DNA from: Squalus acanthias
Taxonomy: Eukaryota
NCBI GenBank assembly: GCA_030390025.1
Contig: CM059431.1
Span: 97,156,001 to 97,220,000, forward strand
Direction of reading: 5' to 3'
DNA: 64,000 nucleotides
A program made the position numbers and the translations under genes. A model generated the notes under the pieces. That model had not been told where the DNA came from and did not search any database. It worked only from the letters and a program-made list of their open reading frames with translations. Within the stretch, counting starts at the first letter, position 1. Every line of letters starts with the position of its first letter. Positions 1 to 12,012 of the stretch are shown in pieces.

Positions 1-194
1 GTTGCACCATGGAATGATGTCACAATCTGCGCGCGCAGGTGGTCGCAGCGGTAAAGTTTAGCGCCGTCGCACAATGTCTAGTTAAGTTCCCGAGCGGCGC
101 AAACATCGCTGCGCCCGGGAGCTAGCGGCTTTGCGCCCCATTAGCGCCCTCTTAAGGTGCTAACGGGAGGCGCAACCAACTGAATTTTTCCCCC
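1..194 (-). mobile_element. Terminal fragment of a Harbinger-family element (continues left of the window)
   Basis: Ends CTGAATTTTTCCCCC followed by TAT. The reverse complement of 110-194 (GGGGGAAAAATTCAGTTGGTTGCGCCTCCCGTTAGCACCTTAAGAGGGCGCTAATGGGGCG...) closely matches the start of the MITE at 26265, and 1-30 resembles 9412-9440 of the autonomous element. Confidence 0.85.
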
Positions 195-354
195 TATGAC
201 TCTATAAAGATTGTAGGCAATATTTTGTATCGGACTGTTTGATATAACCGCTTCCAACCAGTACTTTGTACAACCCTTTCCTATCTGCGCTGAGTTTACA
301 TTGTTCCATTTTCCTGTTTCTCCCCAGACCTTTTTATATCTTCTCTCAGTATTA

Positions 355-931
355 TTGGTTAGGCCACACTTGCAGTACTGCGTGCAGTTCTGGTCGCCAT
401 ATTATAAAAAGGATATAGAGGCACTGGAGAGGGTGCAGAGAAGATTTACAAGGCTAATACCAGAAATGCGAGGGTATACATATCAGGAAAGAATGAGCAA
501 GCTGGGTCTCTTTTTTCTCTTGAAAAAAGAAGGCTGAGGGGTGACCGAATAGAGGTCTATAAAATTATGAAAGGTTTTGATAGAGTGGATACAGAGAGAA
601 TGTTTCCACTTGTGGGGAAGAGCAAAACTAGAGGCCATCAAATAGAGATAGTCACCAAGAAATCCAATAGGGAATTCAGAAGAAACTTCTTTACCCAGAG
701 AGTGGTGAGAATGTGGAACTCGCTACCACAGGGAGTGGTTGAAGTGAATAGTATAGATGCATCTAAGGGGAGGCTGGACAAGCATATGAGGGAAAAGGGA
801 ATAGAGGGTTATGCTGATAGATTTAGATGAGGAAAAACGGGAGGAGGCTCGAGAGGAGCATAAACGCCGGCCTGGACTGGTTGGGCCGAATGACCTGTTT
901 CTGTGCCGTATATCCTATGTAATCCTGTGTA
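355..931 (+). mobile_element. 5'-truncated CR1 LINE (ORF2 C-terminus, 3' UTR, tail)
   Basis: Translates as LVRPHLQYCVQFWSPYYKKDIEALERVQRRFTRLIP, then after a frameshift FFTQRVVRMWNSLP, typical of the CR1 ORF2 end. It finishes in an ATCCTATGTAATCCTGTGTA repeat tail. Confidence 0.9.
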
Positions 932-1494
932 TTCCAGTTACTTAATGTGAAAATGATTTACTAATAAGACCAGGAGCCCCAACCCCTGGCAAAGGTCGCG
1001 GACCATTGTAGAATGTTCTGGCAATGCTGATCAGCTGCTATTAATTTTTCAAGCCAGACTGAAGCTCTCATTCTTAACGATCTGCACACATTCTAACCTA
1101 GAAAAGCTGACAACTCGACAAAGGCCTGATGTACAAACTGATGACCTTACACCGACTTTGTAAATGAAGCTGTTGAAATATACAACTGGGTAAAATTCCA
1201 AGTCATTCCACGTGGTGAGCCAGCAGGTAGTGTGCATCGCTGGCAACTTTCAGATGTCCGTTTGCAAGGTGAGGTACTCTCTCCCATACTTGGTAGTGTT
1301 TCCTTTCGCTCAATCACAATAAATATTGAGTTAAAAACCAGCTGCACTTAGACTCATGTCTCCAGCCTAACTCTATAATAGCACGGATCTTGGTTCAGTT
1401 TTTTCCAAGGCTCTAGGCTTCAGGGAGGAATAAGCCACACAATTCTGGCAGCATTTCACCAAGTATTGTACCAAGAGCCCTCACCATCGACACC

Positions 1495-1697
1495 CCAGGG
1501 GTCACCACTGACCAGAGGCTGAACTGGACCAGCTATATTAACACCATGGCTACAAGAGCAGGGCAGAGGCTGGGTTCTCTGTGACAAGTGGCTGACCTCC
1601 TGACCCCTCAAAGCCTCTCCACCATCTACAAGGCTCAAGTCAGGAGTGTGATGGAACACTCACCACTCACCTGGATGGTGCACCCACAACAACACTG
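1495..1697 (+). mobile_element. Degenerate LINE (CR1/L2-group) reverse-transcriptase fragment
   Basis: Translates as DQRLNWTSYINTMATRAGQRLGSL...LSTIYKAQVRSVMEHSPLTW, resembling the post-RT region of CR1/L2-group ORF2; contains a stop. Confidence 0.65.
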
Positions 1698-1985
1698 AGT
1701 GTGATGGAGGGTATACTAGAGATACCGAATACTGTTACAGGAGTATGAGGGAGGGCATACTGGAGATACTGAATACTGTTACAGGAGTATGAGGGAGGGT
1801 ATACTGGAGATACTGAATACTGTTACAGGAGTGTGAGGGAGGGTATACTGGAGATACTGAGTACTGTTACAGGAGTGTGAGGGAGGGCATACTGGAGATA
1901 CTGAGTACTGTTACAGGAGTGTGAGGGGGGGTATACTGGAGATACTGAATACTGTTACAGGAGTGTGAAGGAGGGCATACTAGGT
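1698..1985. repeat. 44-bp minisatellite, about 6.5 copies
   Basis: Unit GAGGGAGGGTATACTGGAGATACTGAATACTGTTACAGGAGTGT; copies at 1747, 1791, 1835 and onward. Confidence 0.9.
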
Positions 1986-2159
1986 ATATTAGTGAATGAA
2001 CAGGGCAGTGAGCTGGCACGCTGTTGAGTTCAGTCTGAATAGGAAGATGGAAGCGGGCCCTGGAGTCACTTATTCCATTTCTGCTGCACTTTTTCTAATG
2101 GGCTCAGCAAGTAGCTGCAGCACTGAATCATGGGGTAACAAAACCCTCTACTGGATCCA

Positions 2160-2725
2160 GCACATACACACACACTCACACACACATGTATATACACACA
2201 CAAACATGTATATACACACACACACGTATACACACACACACACGTGTACACACACACTCACACACACATGTATATATACACACACACACACGTACACACA
2301 CATTCACACACACATGTATGTGTATATATACACACACATGTACACACACATACAAACATGTATACACACACACATACACACACACGTATATACACACACA
2401 TACACACACTCACGCACATGTACACACACACGTACATACACACACACATGTACACCTGTTCACACGCACGCACACGTGTACACACACATGTACACACGTA
2501 CACACACACGCACACACATGTACACACACAGCACACACGCGTACACACACACACATACACACACGCGTACACACACATGTACACACATGTACATACACGT
2601 ACACACACGTAAACGCACACATGAACACACACATGTACAAACACATATGTACACACGCACACAGATACACATATATACACGTATTCACACACACAAACAT
2701 ACACCAACACATACATGTATATGCA
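2160..2725. repeat. Imperfect (CA)n/(TA)n microsatellite
   Basis: Alternating CACA/TACA/CATG tract; it explains all the His/Thr and Val/Cys ORFs called here. Confidence 0.95.
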
Positions 2726-4220
2726 TATCCCAAATATATTACTGTGCCAAGAATTCTCAAATTAATCACAGTGACTGAAAATTAACCACAAACACCCCCA
2801 ATCCCCTGAAATACTTGCTAGGTTTAATAACTAAATTTGATTGCGTTAACTACTGAGCATATTCTCACCGTCAGCCCCCGTGAATAACCTGGAGGTTTCT
2901 GTTTGCCTCGGAGCATTCCGAATATTCCTAGTGGTAACCATACTTTCCAGCATGACATGCTGTGTGTGTTTGAAAATCAGATTTAGTTAACCTGCAATAT
3001 GTGTGGTATTCTGGGGCTAATGTAGCTTCAATGTGGGTCAAGGCTTGAAAATGAAATCAGAATGGATTTGTCCAGATACGGAGATGAAGGATCAGGAAAG
3101 GGCAGGATGTATGTTAAAGGAGGAATTCTCCATTACAAACCGCTGCTGTACTGATCCTGGAGTGTACCTTCAGGCATAATCCTCCACTTACTGATCCCAA
3201 CAGTAGGTTACCAGGCCTTGCCCTAATAAGCATAATCTCATTACACCACAAATAAAAGTTTTCTATTTATCTCTAGATTTAAAATGAATCTAATAAGGCT
3301 TATGATACAGTCACCCAAAACCCTAATCATATTTTGCCCTATCTAAAAGTAATCAGTAATTGTGTTATATCATAACGTGCTGACACAGAAAGCAGAATGA
3401 GAACCCAGCTGTTCTAATTAAATTAAATGCTAGGCTGATGGAATATATTTGCCGAGGCTCATAGAGTAAGGGTGCAGAATTAATAAGCATTATAGCTTAG
3501 AGCAGGAGATGATATCACAATGGATGCAGGGTTTTGATGTAGAGAGCCTCATTCACATTCAGTGACCATAATGTACGAATGTGACAGCTGCTTAGACAGC
3601 CTCCGATCTCTTGAACACAGTCGCCTGAACCACCAGCCCAAACTTTTCTCTTTTTGTGAGATACTGTTGTGATATTCTGATGAAAATAGAATCAAAAACA
3701 AGAAACAAAGTGAGAAGGGCGGCTAAAATAATAAAAACAGTGATTGCTAGTTTCTGACCTTTATACACAAAATAAAAACAAAACACTGGCATCTGACCCT
3801 GTTTAACTTCATCCCAGCGTAACCTCGTCCCCAAGTTCATCAATGGATGTATTTTCAGTCTCTTGTTCCAGCATTGTTGCTGTCAGAACCGTTCCATCAG
3901 TTTGTCGATGATTCATTATCACGGGAATTTCAACAGGATATTAAATTTATTAATACTGAACTTTTCTGGACGATCGTTTAAACAAGCAAAGCTTATTTCT
4001 GGCACAAACCATTTTGGAGGCAAATTCTATTTCTCTGCAAACACCAGATTGACTCTGTGGTGTATCTGTGATCGGATAACAGGCAGCGGGAGCGTGTGAT
4101 GATAAAAACGTGTTTATATAATTGTCACAATCCCACAACTGCACTCCAACCCGCAACAGACTCCCAGACACCTTAAATAATATGAATACTTTTATACGCT
4201 GCTTAACTTTGCCCAGTCAG

Positions 4221-5345
4221 TGTCAGCCGTGGTTCAGTGGGCAGCACTTTTGCCTCTGAGTCAGAAGGTCGTGGGTTCAAGTTCCACTCCAGAGACTTGA
4301 GCCCACAGTGTTGTGGGAGCGCTGCACTGTCAGAGGGGCAGTACTGAGGGAGCGCTGCACTGTCAGAGGGGCAGTACTGAGGGAGCGCTGCACTGTCAGA
4401 GGGGCAGTACTGAGGGAGCGCTGCACTGTCGGAGAGGCAGTACTGGGGGAGAGTTGCGCTGTCCGAGGGGCAGTACTGAGGGAGCGCTGCACTGTCAGAG
4501 GGGCAGTACTGAGGGAGTGCTGCACTGTCGGAGGGGCAGTACTGAGGGAGTGCTGCACTGTCGGAGGGGCAGTACTGAGGGAGCGCTGCACTGTCGGAGG
4601 GGCAGTACTGAGGGAGCGCTGCACTGTCAGAGGGGCAGTACTGAGGGAGCGCTGCACTGTCGGAGGGGCAGTACTGAGGGAGTGCTGTACTGTCGGAGGG
4701 TCAGTACTGAGGGAGCGCTGCACTGTCGGAGGGGCAGTACTGAGGGAGTGCTGCACTGTCGGAGGGGCAGTACTGGGGGAGAGTTGCGCTGTCGGAGGGG
4801 CAGTACTGAGGGAGCGCTGCACTGGCGGAGGGGCAGTACTGAGGGAGTGCTGCACTGTCGGAGGGGCAGTACTGAGGGAGTGCTGCACTGTCGGAGGGGC
4901 AGTACTGAGGGAGTGCCGCACTGTCGGAGGGGCAGTACTGAGGGAATGCTGCACTGTCGGAGGGGCAGTACTGAGGGAGTGCTGCACTGTCAGAGGGGCA
5001 GTACTGAGGGAGTGCTGCACTGTTGGGGGGGCAGTACTGAGGGAGTGCTGCAATGTCCAAGGTCCAAGGTCTTTCAGATGAGACAAAGCAAGGCCCCATC
5101 TGTCCTGTCAGGTGGACATAAAAGATCCCATGGCACTATTTGAAGAAGAGCAGGGGAGTTCTACCCAGTGTCCTGGCCAATATTTACTCCTCAACCAACA
5201 TCATTAAAACAGATTATCTGTTCATTCATTAATTTACTGTTTGTGGGATCTGGCTGTGCATAAATTGGCTGCCATGTTTCCTATATTACAACAGTGACTA
5301 CACTTCAGTAGTAGTCCATAGGGTGTGACGCGCTTTGGCGTGTCT
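4221..5345 (+). mobile_element. tRNA-derived Deu-domain SINE (SacSINE1/AmnSINE-like) with internal minisatellite expansion
   Basis: tRNA-like head with A box (TGGTTCAGTGG) and B box (GGTTCAAGTTCC) at 4230-4285. The body continues after the repeat as TCTTTCAGATGAGAC...AAAGATCCCATGGCACTATTTGAAGAAGAGCAGGGGAG..., and the 3' part matches the fragments at 10305 and 15910. Family name is from recall, not a search. Confidence 0.8.
4308..5055. repeat. 33-bp minisatellite, about 22 copies, inside the SINE
   Basis: Unit GCAGTACTGAGGGAGTGCTGCACTGTCGGAGGG; the 33-bp period explains the 11-aa-repeat ORFs on both strands. Confidence 0.95.
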
Positions 5346-5863
5346 GAGGGTGTGATGAGGCTCTCTGTGGCAACTTGTGTTGTCATGGTGTTCCTAGTTT
5401 GTGGTCTCACATTTTGGAACAGCGAGTTTAATAGAAATGGAGCCATCAATAAATAGTGTAGTGGCCATCAGAAACTACACCCCACACCCAAACCACCAAC
5501 TCTTTGCAAATGAAGTACAATGGACTAGAAATTCATTATAGCCTAGGAATAGGCAGTAAAATTAGAAAAATTGGAGAATTAGCGCCAGGCGCTAATGCTT
5601 TAGACTGCACGCAAAATTCATGCTCAATGCTCAAAGAAAAGATTGGAGCGCTAATTCAAGTCTTAAAGCCCAAGCTCATTGGCGTTACACTGAAAGGGTA
5701 GACCAATATTGCATGCAGTCTAATTGCAAGTCATCATTGCCATAGGCTTTTTCCAGTTCTTAAAGGGGAAGTTCATTGATGCTGCAGAAACTCATTCTCA
5801 GCTGCCTTAGCAAGCAGCAGCAGGTCAAGGAGAAGGAGCCGGACGACTGAAGCAGCTGTACTC

Positions 5864-7760
5864 ATGGCAGATCCACGCCCCAGGGAGAGAGCCCACAGAT
5901 TCAGCGATCAAGCATTGGAGGCATTCGTGTTCACTGTGGAGAGACGGAGGGTGGTTCTCTACCCGGCAAGTGGCAAGAGGCCCTCGCCACAAGTCTTCCG
6001 CACCATGTGGAGGGAGGTAGCTCAGCACATCTCGGGCCACACTGTGGTCCCCAGGACCCACACACAGTGCAGGAAGAAATTTATCGACCTCACTCAGGTG
6101 GTCAATGTGAGTCATTGCTTCAACAAATGTTACATTCTACCATCTGAACCACCGTCTTCACACACTGCCCAAAGCACCACACCCCCAGCACTTACCCACC
6201 AACAATCTCCACCTACCAACACTCACACCCACATCTCACACCTTGCACACAATGACAGCTATTCAACAATGGCAGGCACATCACCCAGACACATTGCTCC
6301 ACACTCACTCACATACTTTTCTCTTGCAGGCCAAGGTGGTTCACAACAGGAGGGAGCAGGAGCGCACAGGCGGGGGACAAGCCGACACCCAACCACTGTC
6401 TGAGCTGGAGAATAAAGTGCTGCAGATTATTGGGCGCCAGGTGGTGGGCGACGTGGCCACCGGTGACATTGACTCCCTTGGGGGCAACAACGGTATGTTC
6501 ATCCCTACTCCTTCTCACATCCCACTTCCCCCTCACCCCACAAGCGTTTCACACTTTCCAGCTAATCATGCTGTATGCATGCATTTCTCCCTTCCTGCCC
6601 CCCTCCCTTCACCTTAACCAGACTCTTGTGCTTTTATGCTTTCAGATAATCAGCAAACGCCTGAGCATCCTGTCCCTGAGGGCACCGCAGAGAGCGAGAG
6701 GGAAGAGGAGGAGGAAGAACACACCGCGTCACTGCATGTCTCATCCGCAGGCACCAGCTCAGATACTGGCACTACGCGTTCTTTAGAAGCTAGTATAGTA
6801 GCAGGATCCACACAGGGTGAGGTACCGGGGATGAGTGAGCTGCAGCAAGGCCAGGGGGAAGGGGTAGCTCAGGGGCCAGCTCCCCGGAGGGCGAGTTCGC
6901 GCGCGAGTTCTGCTGCACAGGACTCAGATGAGGACCTCGATGGGGAGGTCTTCAGAAGAAGGGTGATGGGCATGCACACGAAGATCATAGCTGCAATGGC
7001 AAGGTTGCTCGAAAGCCTCTCGGCAATGGTAAAGAGCATGGAGGAGTCCAACTCCAACATTCCACAAGGCTCTACGCACACCATGGAGCCCATCATTTCC
7101 AGTCTGCAAAGGATGGTAGACTCCCAGAGAGACTGTGGTGACCCAGACCTGATGCCGCATGTGATGGGCGATCTGGAAGATTCCAATTTAGCACAGGTGG
7201 AAGCGACGCAATGTCTTAGTGCTATAATGCAGTCTATGCTTGGTGGCATCCAATCTCAGACTGCTCTCATGCAGTCTCAGTTTGATGCCATGCAAGCTCC
7301 GACTGCTGCCATCGTGGCTGGGTCTACCACCATCGACCGGGGCTTTCACAGTGCCGCAGCAGGCCAGCAATCTATGCTCCAACAGATTGCTAGGGATGCT
7401 GAGGTGCTGCCCCGGGGGAGTGGCAGTGGGTCAGTGGAGCAGGAAGCTGCTGTCCTCTCTCAGGATGACAGCATTCCTGCTCCCATCACTGCCACTCCGC
7501 CATTGTCCTTGTCGCTGCCTGTCATCCAGCCAGCCCAGACTGCTGCCGCCCATGCTGAGGTGGTGCAGTCTACAACCAGGCCTTCCAGGTCCAGAGCTGG
7601 TCGAGGGCGTCCTGCAAGGCCATCTGAAGTCTCCCGCACGGACACTCAGCAACCTTCCATCAGCCCTGCTGCAGCCACTGCGCCAACACTTCATAGGAGC
7701 ACTAGAGTAGACAAAGGCACAGTAACGAGAGGCACTAAGGGATTGCACAAGGGTGAATAG
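5864..7760 (+). CDS. Harbinger Myb/SANT-like DNA-binding protein; exons 5864-6106, 6330-6492, 6646-7760; 506 aa
   Basis: Exon 1 RFSDQALEAF...WREVAQHISGHTVVPRTHTQCRKKFIDL is a Myb/SANT trihelix. Donors GTGAGT (6107) and GTATGT (6493); acceptors TTGCAG (6329) and TTTCAG (6645). The join is 1521 nt, in frame to TAG. Exon 2 has the typical RTGGG motif. Confidence 0.82.
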
Positions 7761-7925
7761 TTAATATTTTTGGTGTAAATATGTGTTCAGTGATTATTGA
7801 TAAATTTATTAATTCAGTTTAGATTCTTTTGTGGTGTGTCTCATTTCAGCTTTACACTGTGATATAGCCTGCGACAGGGATGGAATGATGGGTATGTGGT
7901 GAGCAACGGGGATCTGGGGTTTAAT

Positions 7926-9125
7926 TTATTGGAACCGCAGTCTGATGAGGCGATCACGGACCGCCCTTCCGGAAGGCCGATTGAGTAGCTGCCTCCTCCC
8001 TCGCTTCTGTTTCTTCTCCTCCTCATCCTCCTCATCATCCTCCTCATCCTCCTCGTCCTCCTCGTCCTCCTTTCCCTCTTCCTCCTCCTGAGGTGGTCCA
8101 ACAACCCCTTATGGCAAGGGCTGAGCCCTCATGATGGACAAGTTGTGCAGCATGCAGCAGACCATCATGAAATGGGACACCCGCTCAGCCGAGTACAGGA
8201 GGGCTCCTCCCGAGCGGTCAAGGCAGCGGAACCGTTGCTTGAGCACCCCGATGGTCTGCTCAATGATGATTCTGGTGTCAGCATGGCTCTCATTTTATGA
8301 GTGCTGGGCAGGAGTTTTGGGGTTGTGGAGGGGAGTCATGAGCCAGGTGGAGAGCGGATAGCCCTTGCCTCCGAGCAGCCAGACGCGAGCTTGACGTAAT
8401 GGCTGAAAGAGTGCTGGCACACCGGTCTGGTGCAGGATGAAGGCATCGTGGCTGCTGCCAGGATAGCGGGCATTCACATTGAGGATTCGCTGTCTGTGGT
8501 TGCACATCAACTGCACATTAAGTGAATGGTAGCCTTTGCGGTTTCGGAAGATGTCAAGATTGTTATGCGGTGCCGACAAAGCCACGTGGGTGCAGTCAAT
8601 GGCGCCCTGCACCATGGGGAATCCCACTCTCCTGGCAAAGCCACATGCATGCTCGTCCTGCTTCTCTCTGGTGATGGGGAAGGAAATGTCATCCCTTCTC
8701 CTACTGTAGAGAGCCTCTCTGACCTCCCGGATGCAGCGATGGATGAGGAACTGCGAAATGTTAGCTATGTCTCCTGTTGCAGACTGGAAGGATCTGCTGG
8801 CGAAGATATTGAGGGCGACGGTGACCTTGACTGCCACTGAGAGAGCCATGGTCGCCCTGATCTGAGGCTGCAGGTCTAGTTGCAGGAGGTGACACAGTTC
8901 TGTGACTACCTCCTTGGTGAAGCAGAGCCTTCTAATACACTGCTCCTAGCTTAATTGGAAGTAGGAGAAGTGCTCTCAGAATACCCTCGGAGGGTAAGGC
9001 CTCCTGTTGAGAGCCCTGATGGCCCTCCTCGTCCCTCTGGCCACATGTTCCAGTCTTTCTCGCTGCCTCTGCTCCCTCCGCCATAGATCCTGGAGGGCAA
9101 GGTCAACTGTCAGTACAGCCCCCAT
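7926..9125 (-). pseudogene. Harbinger (HARBI1-like) DDE transposase pseudogene, 400 codons
   Basis: One frame from ATG 9125 to TAA 7926 with GFPMVQGAIDCTH, NRKGYHSLNVQ, YPGSSHDAFIL, IIEQTIGVLKQRFRCL and CCMLHN motifs and an acidic tail. In-frame stops at 8976-8978, 8946-8948, 8295-8297 and 8109-8111; GDKGY reads GGKGY. Confidence 0.92.
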
Positions 9126-10098
9126 TAATGTAAGCCAAGTGTAGCAGTTTGATTTTTTTAAGAATAAATGTAGCTACTTTTTAGTTCCCACAACACTCCC
9201 GATATAAAATAACCTTTAAATTACTGAATTAAACTATTGCACAATGTGAAACTGACAAGAAAGCATTGAAACTCCACTAACCTACAGCTGCAACTCATTA
9301 CTCATGATCCCTTTAAATAACATCCCTGGAGCAGGCTTCCGGCTGCTTCACACCAGCTCTCCCTGTCGCTGTTTGGTCGAGGCGCTAAGGTAGGTGATGA
9401 CAATCAATTTCGTTGCACGCTCACTGATATCGCAATCTGCCTGCCGTTGAAGTCCTCGGCAGTACCTCGTACCGGCGGCGCAATGGAAGGGCTGGATTTG
9501 CCGTGTGGCGCTGGATTCGCCTCGCCCCGGTGCTACTGCATCAGTGCCCTGTTACCGCCATCTGCTGGCACTAACAGGAGGCGCGAAGGTACCAAATTTT
9601 TTCCCCAATGTGTCCTAAAACGTAAGATTAAAATACCCGCTAAAGTGTATATTCACATTCTCAAGTTGTGTTTTCACTGGGTTTGGAGCGCAACAATTTA
9701 ATTTAATTAATAATTCATAGAATAAATTTGCAGAAATATTATCTACTGAATTATAAAGAGACCGTTTAAAACTCTGCATGCTTCAACATCTGAATTTTAG
9801 AACACATTTTCATTTTTTAAAATCTACCTATTCTTGTATACTTGTATTTGCAGAAGTTGAGGGATTTACTACAGAACACTCCCATCAAAGGGCTCCCCGT
9901 TTACCAAAGGCACAGCATGTGGAACAAATTTCCAGTTATACTGTTGATAATTATAAACAATATGAATGACACATTAAAACAAAGCCTTTCAATGTTCAGT
10001 GGGTGAGGAGAAGTTGATTGTATTGTCAACCTATTCGAATTCGTACCGACTGCAAATAAAAGCTTTGAAAAGCTTAAGAAATAAATCTGCTTCCTTAC

Positions 10099-10228
10099 AA
10101 AAGCAAAATACTGCGGATGCTGGAAATCTGAAATAAAAACAGAAAATGCTGGAAATACTCAGCAGGTCAGGCAGCATTTGTGGAGAGAGAAACAGAGTTA
10201 ACATTTCAGGTCGATGACCCTTCGTCAT
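10099..10228 (-). mobile_element. Short interspersed repeat fragment, probably a Penelope-like element terminus with a degenerate hammerhead core
   Basis: Minus strand reads TGACGA-AGGGTCATCGACCT-GAAATGTTAAC followed by a CT-rich tail, resembling a CUGANGA/stem II/GAAA core without the first C. Confidence 0.5.
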
Positions 10229-10304
10229 CTGCTTCCTTAATTGGATATGTAAACAAGTAATATCTGGGGGAGACAGCAGTGCTTTATGGAGGTGAAACCT
10301 CAAT

Positions 10305-10457
10305 TCTGTTTGTGGGAGCTTGCTGTGCGCAAATTGGCTGCTGTGCTTCCTACATTACAACAGTGACTGCACTTCAAAAAGTACTTCATTGGCTGTAAAG
10401 TGCTTTGGGACGTCCTGGGGCCATGAAAGGCGCTATATAAGTGCAAGTCTTTCTTTT
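10305..10457 (+). mobile_element. 3' fragment of the Deu-type SINE
   Basis: CTGTTTGTGGGAGCTTGCTGTGCGCAAATTGGCTGC...ACAACAGTGACTGCACTTCAAAAAGTAC matches 5237-5310 and ends GGCGCTATATAAGTGCAAGTCTTTCTTT. Confidence 0.8.
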
Positions 10458-12012
10458 ACGCCTTGTTAAAGAGACCAGTTTAGTGTACTGCTGAAAGTTA
10501 GGATCAGTTTCATCCTCCCTCCAATGCACCAAAAAATGCCAAATATCTAGTTGACTTGCTGAAAGCAGCACTTTTTCCACTAACTCTGATAAAACTGATC
10601 ATTAAATCGGCATTTCACATCCCAGTCAGCAGTTGCTGCTGACAAGCTCTTAAGCTTGTAATCTCATTTAACCCCCTCCTGTCAGGAGCAGGCAAGCTCT
10701 GGCAGCATAATGTAGAGTAAATTAGATCTGACATGGCAACAAGAGAAATGAAAAGCTCTTCATTTTAAAAGTCAAGCCACAGTGGGTAACCCTGACCTTC
10801 AGCTGTCTCCTCCAGCCCGCTCCTTTCACTGGGAGACCCTGCAGACATTTAGAGAAGGACGAGGATAAAGGGAATCTTAGGATTCCATAAAGGCAAATTT
10901 CCCCAGGGACGAATTATACTGAATATTTAGACAGTTGAAGGGAATTCGACTGCGCTTTTTTAGAAAGTCCTTACCCAGTAATAAAAGATGAAACCTACAC
11001 TGTCCATTTCAAGCTCCTTGGGTTCAATACTTCGCTGTGTGCATGCAGGGCTCTCTATCTCTGAAGCTGGTAGGTCCTGCTGGAACACAGCGGGGCCACT
11101 TCTGTCCTTCTGATTCCTTGCATTCTAAATGAGGTCATCCTAGTTGGTGGCTGAACTCTTCAAAGCCAACTCTCGCACTGGCATTTACTTGATTGTAACC
11201 AGTGGAAGATTTTGGAAAGTATTCTGCTTGTAGCTAAGATACAACTTCGCTTGGTACAAAGAAATCTCCTGGAGACCTCAGGATTTCTATCAATTATCTG
11301 CCCTCGCCAAGAGCAAAGTTTCATGCCTACTTCAAAGTTTATCTTTTAAAGAATGCAACACTTTTTAAAAGCAGCACGTACAGAATATGGCCTTTCTGTG
11401 AACAGCATAAACAATACAGTGAATATCGACAAGTGCCCAAACATCCCTCACTAACTGACGGTCTCAGATGAATGCAGGCGATTAACACATTCCTTTTGCA
11501 GCGTGTGTTCAACCTGCTACTTAAAATTTTAAAAGGTGACCTTTATTGGGCAAATTTTGAAAAAAGCATGAAAATACTAACACAGATATTCTGTTCCGCA
11601 TGCCCAAGTTACTTAAAGAAAATAGCTTGCAATTTATTAAATAATGATGTCAGAGCCAGAGGAACTATTGAGGGATATTTTCAAGAAGAATTTTCTACAT
11701 CCCATGATTACTTTTTGTAATTTGTACTGAGTTCGAAAGAATTTACTCATTGGATGCAAATAATCCCGTTAACGCAAAGCCCAAAATACAGAAATTCAAC
11801 CACTATAGAAAAACAGGATCTAAATCTGGCTCAAAACATTAGAAAAATAACCTTTCAAATGTAAACATAACGTAAAATAAATCCTCTCGGCCCTCCCAGC
11901 GATTGAACCCCACTCTCCGAATCAGACCAACAGCAACTGTTGGTAGTCCTACATTAAATGTTTCAAAACACGTGGAGAAACCCCACTGACACAATTTAAC
12001 CAGGAAATGGGC

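Larger units (their letters stand above)
5522..9606. mobile_element. Full-length PIF/Harbinger DNA transposon (4085 bp), transposase-defective
   Basis: AAT flanks both ends (5519-5521 and 9607-9609). Imperfect termini GGACTAGAAATT / AATTTTTTCCCC. Convergent Myb/SANT gene (+) and DDE transposase (-), the canonical Harbinger layout. The left boundary is less certain than the right. Confidence 0.88.

Noticed and set aside
1996..2785. Long His/Thr- and Val/Cys-rich ORFs
   Set aside because: Translations of the CA microsatellite.
4221..4295. Functional tRNA gene
   Set aside because: It has A/B boxes but continues into a SINE body; it is a tRNA-derived SINE head.
4277..5143. ORFs of 257-276 aa with 11-aa repeats
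   Set aside because: Result of a stop-free 33-bp minisatellite, open on both strands.
7926..9125. Domesticated host HARBI1 gene
   Set aside because: Multiple stops, and it lies between transposon termini with a TSD and a partner Myb gene.
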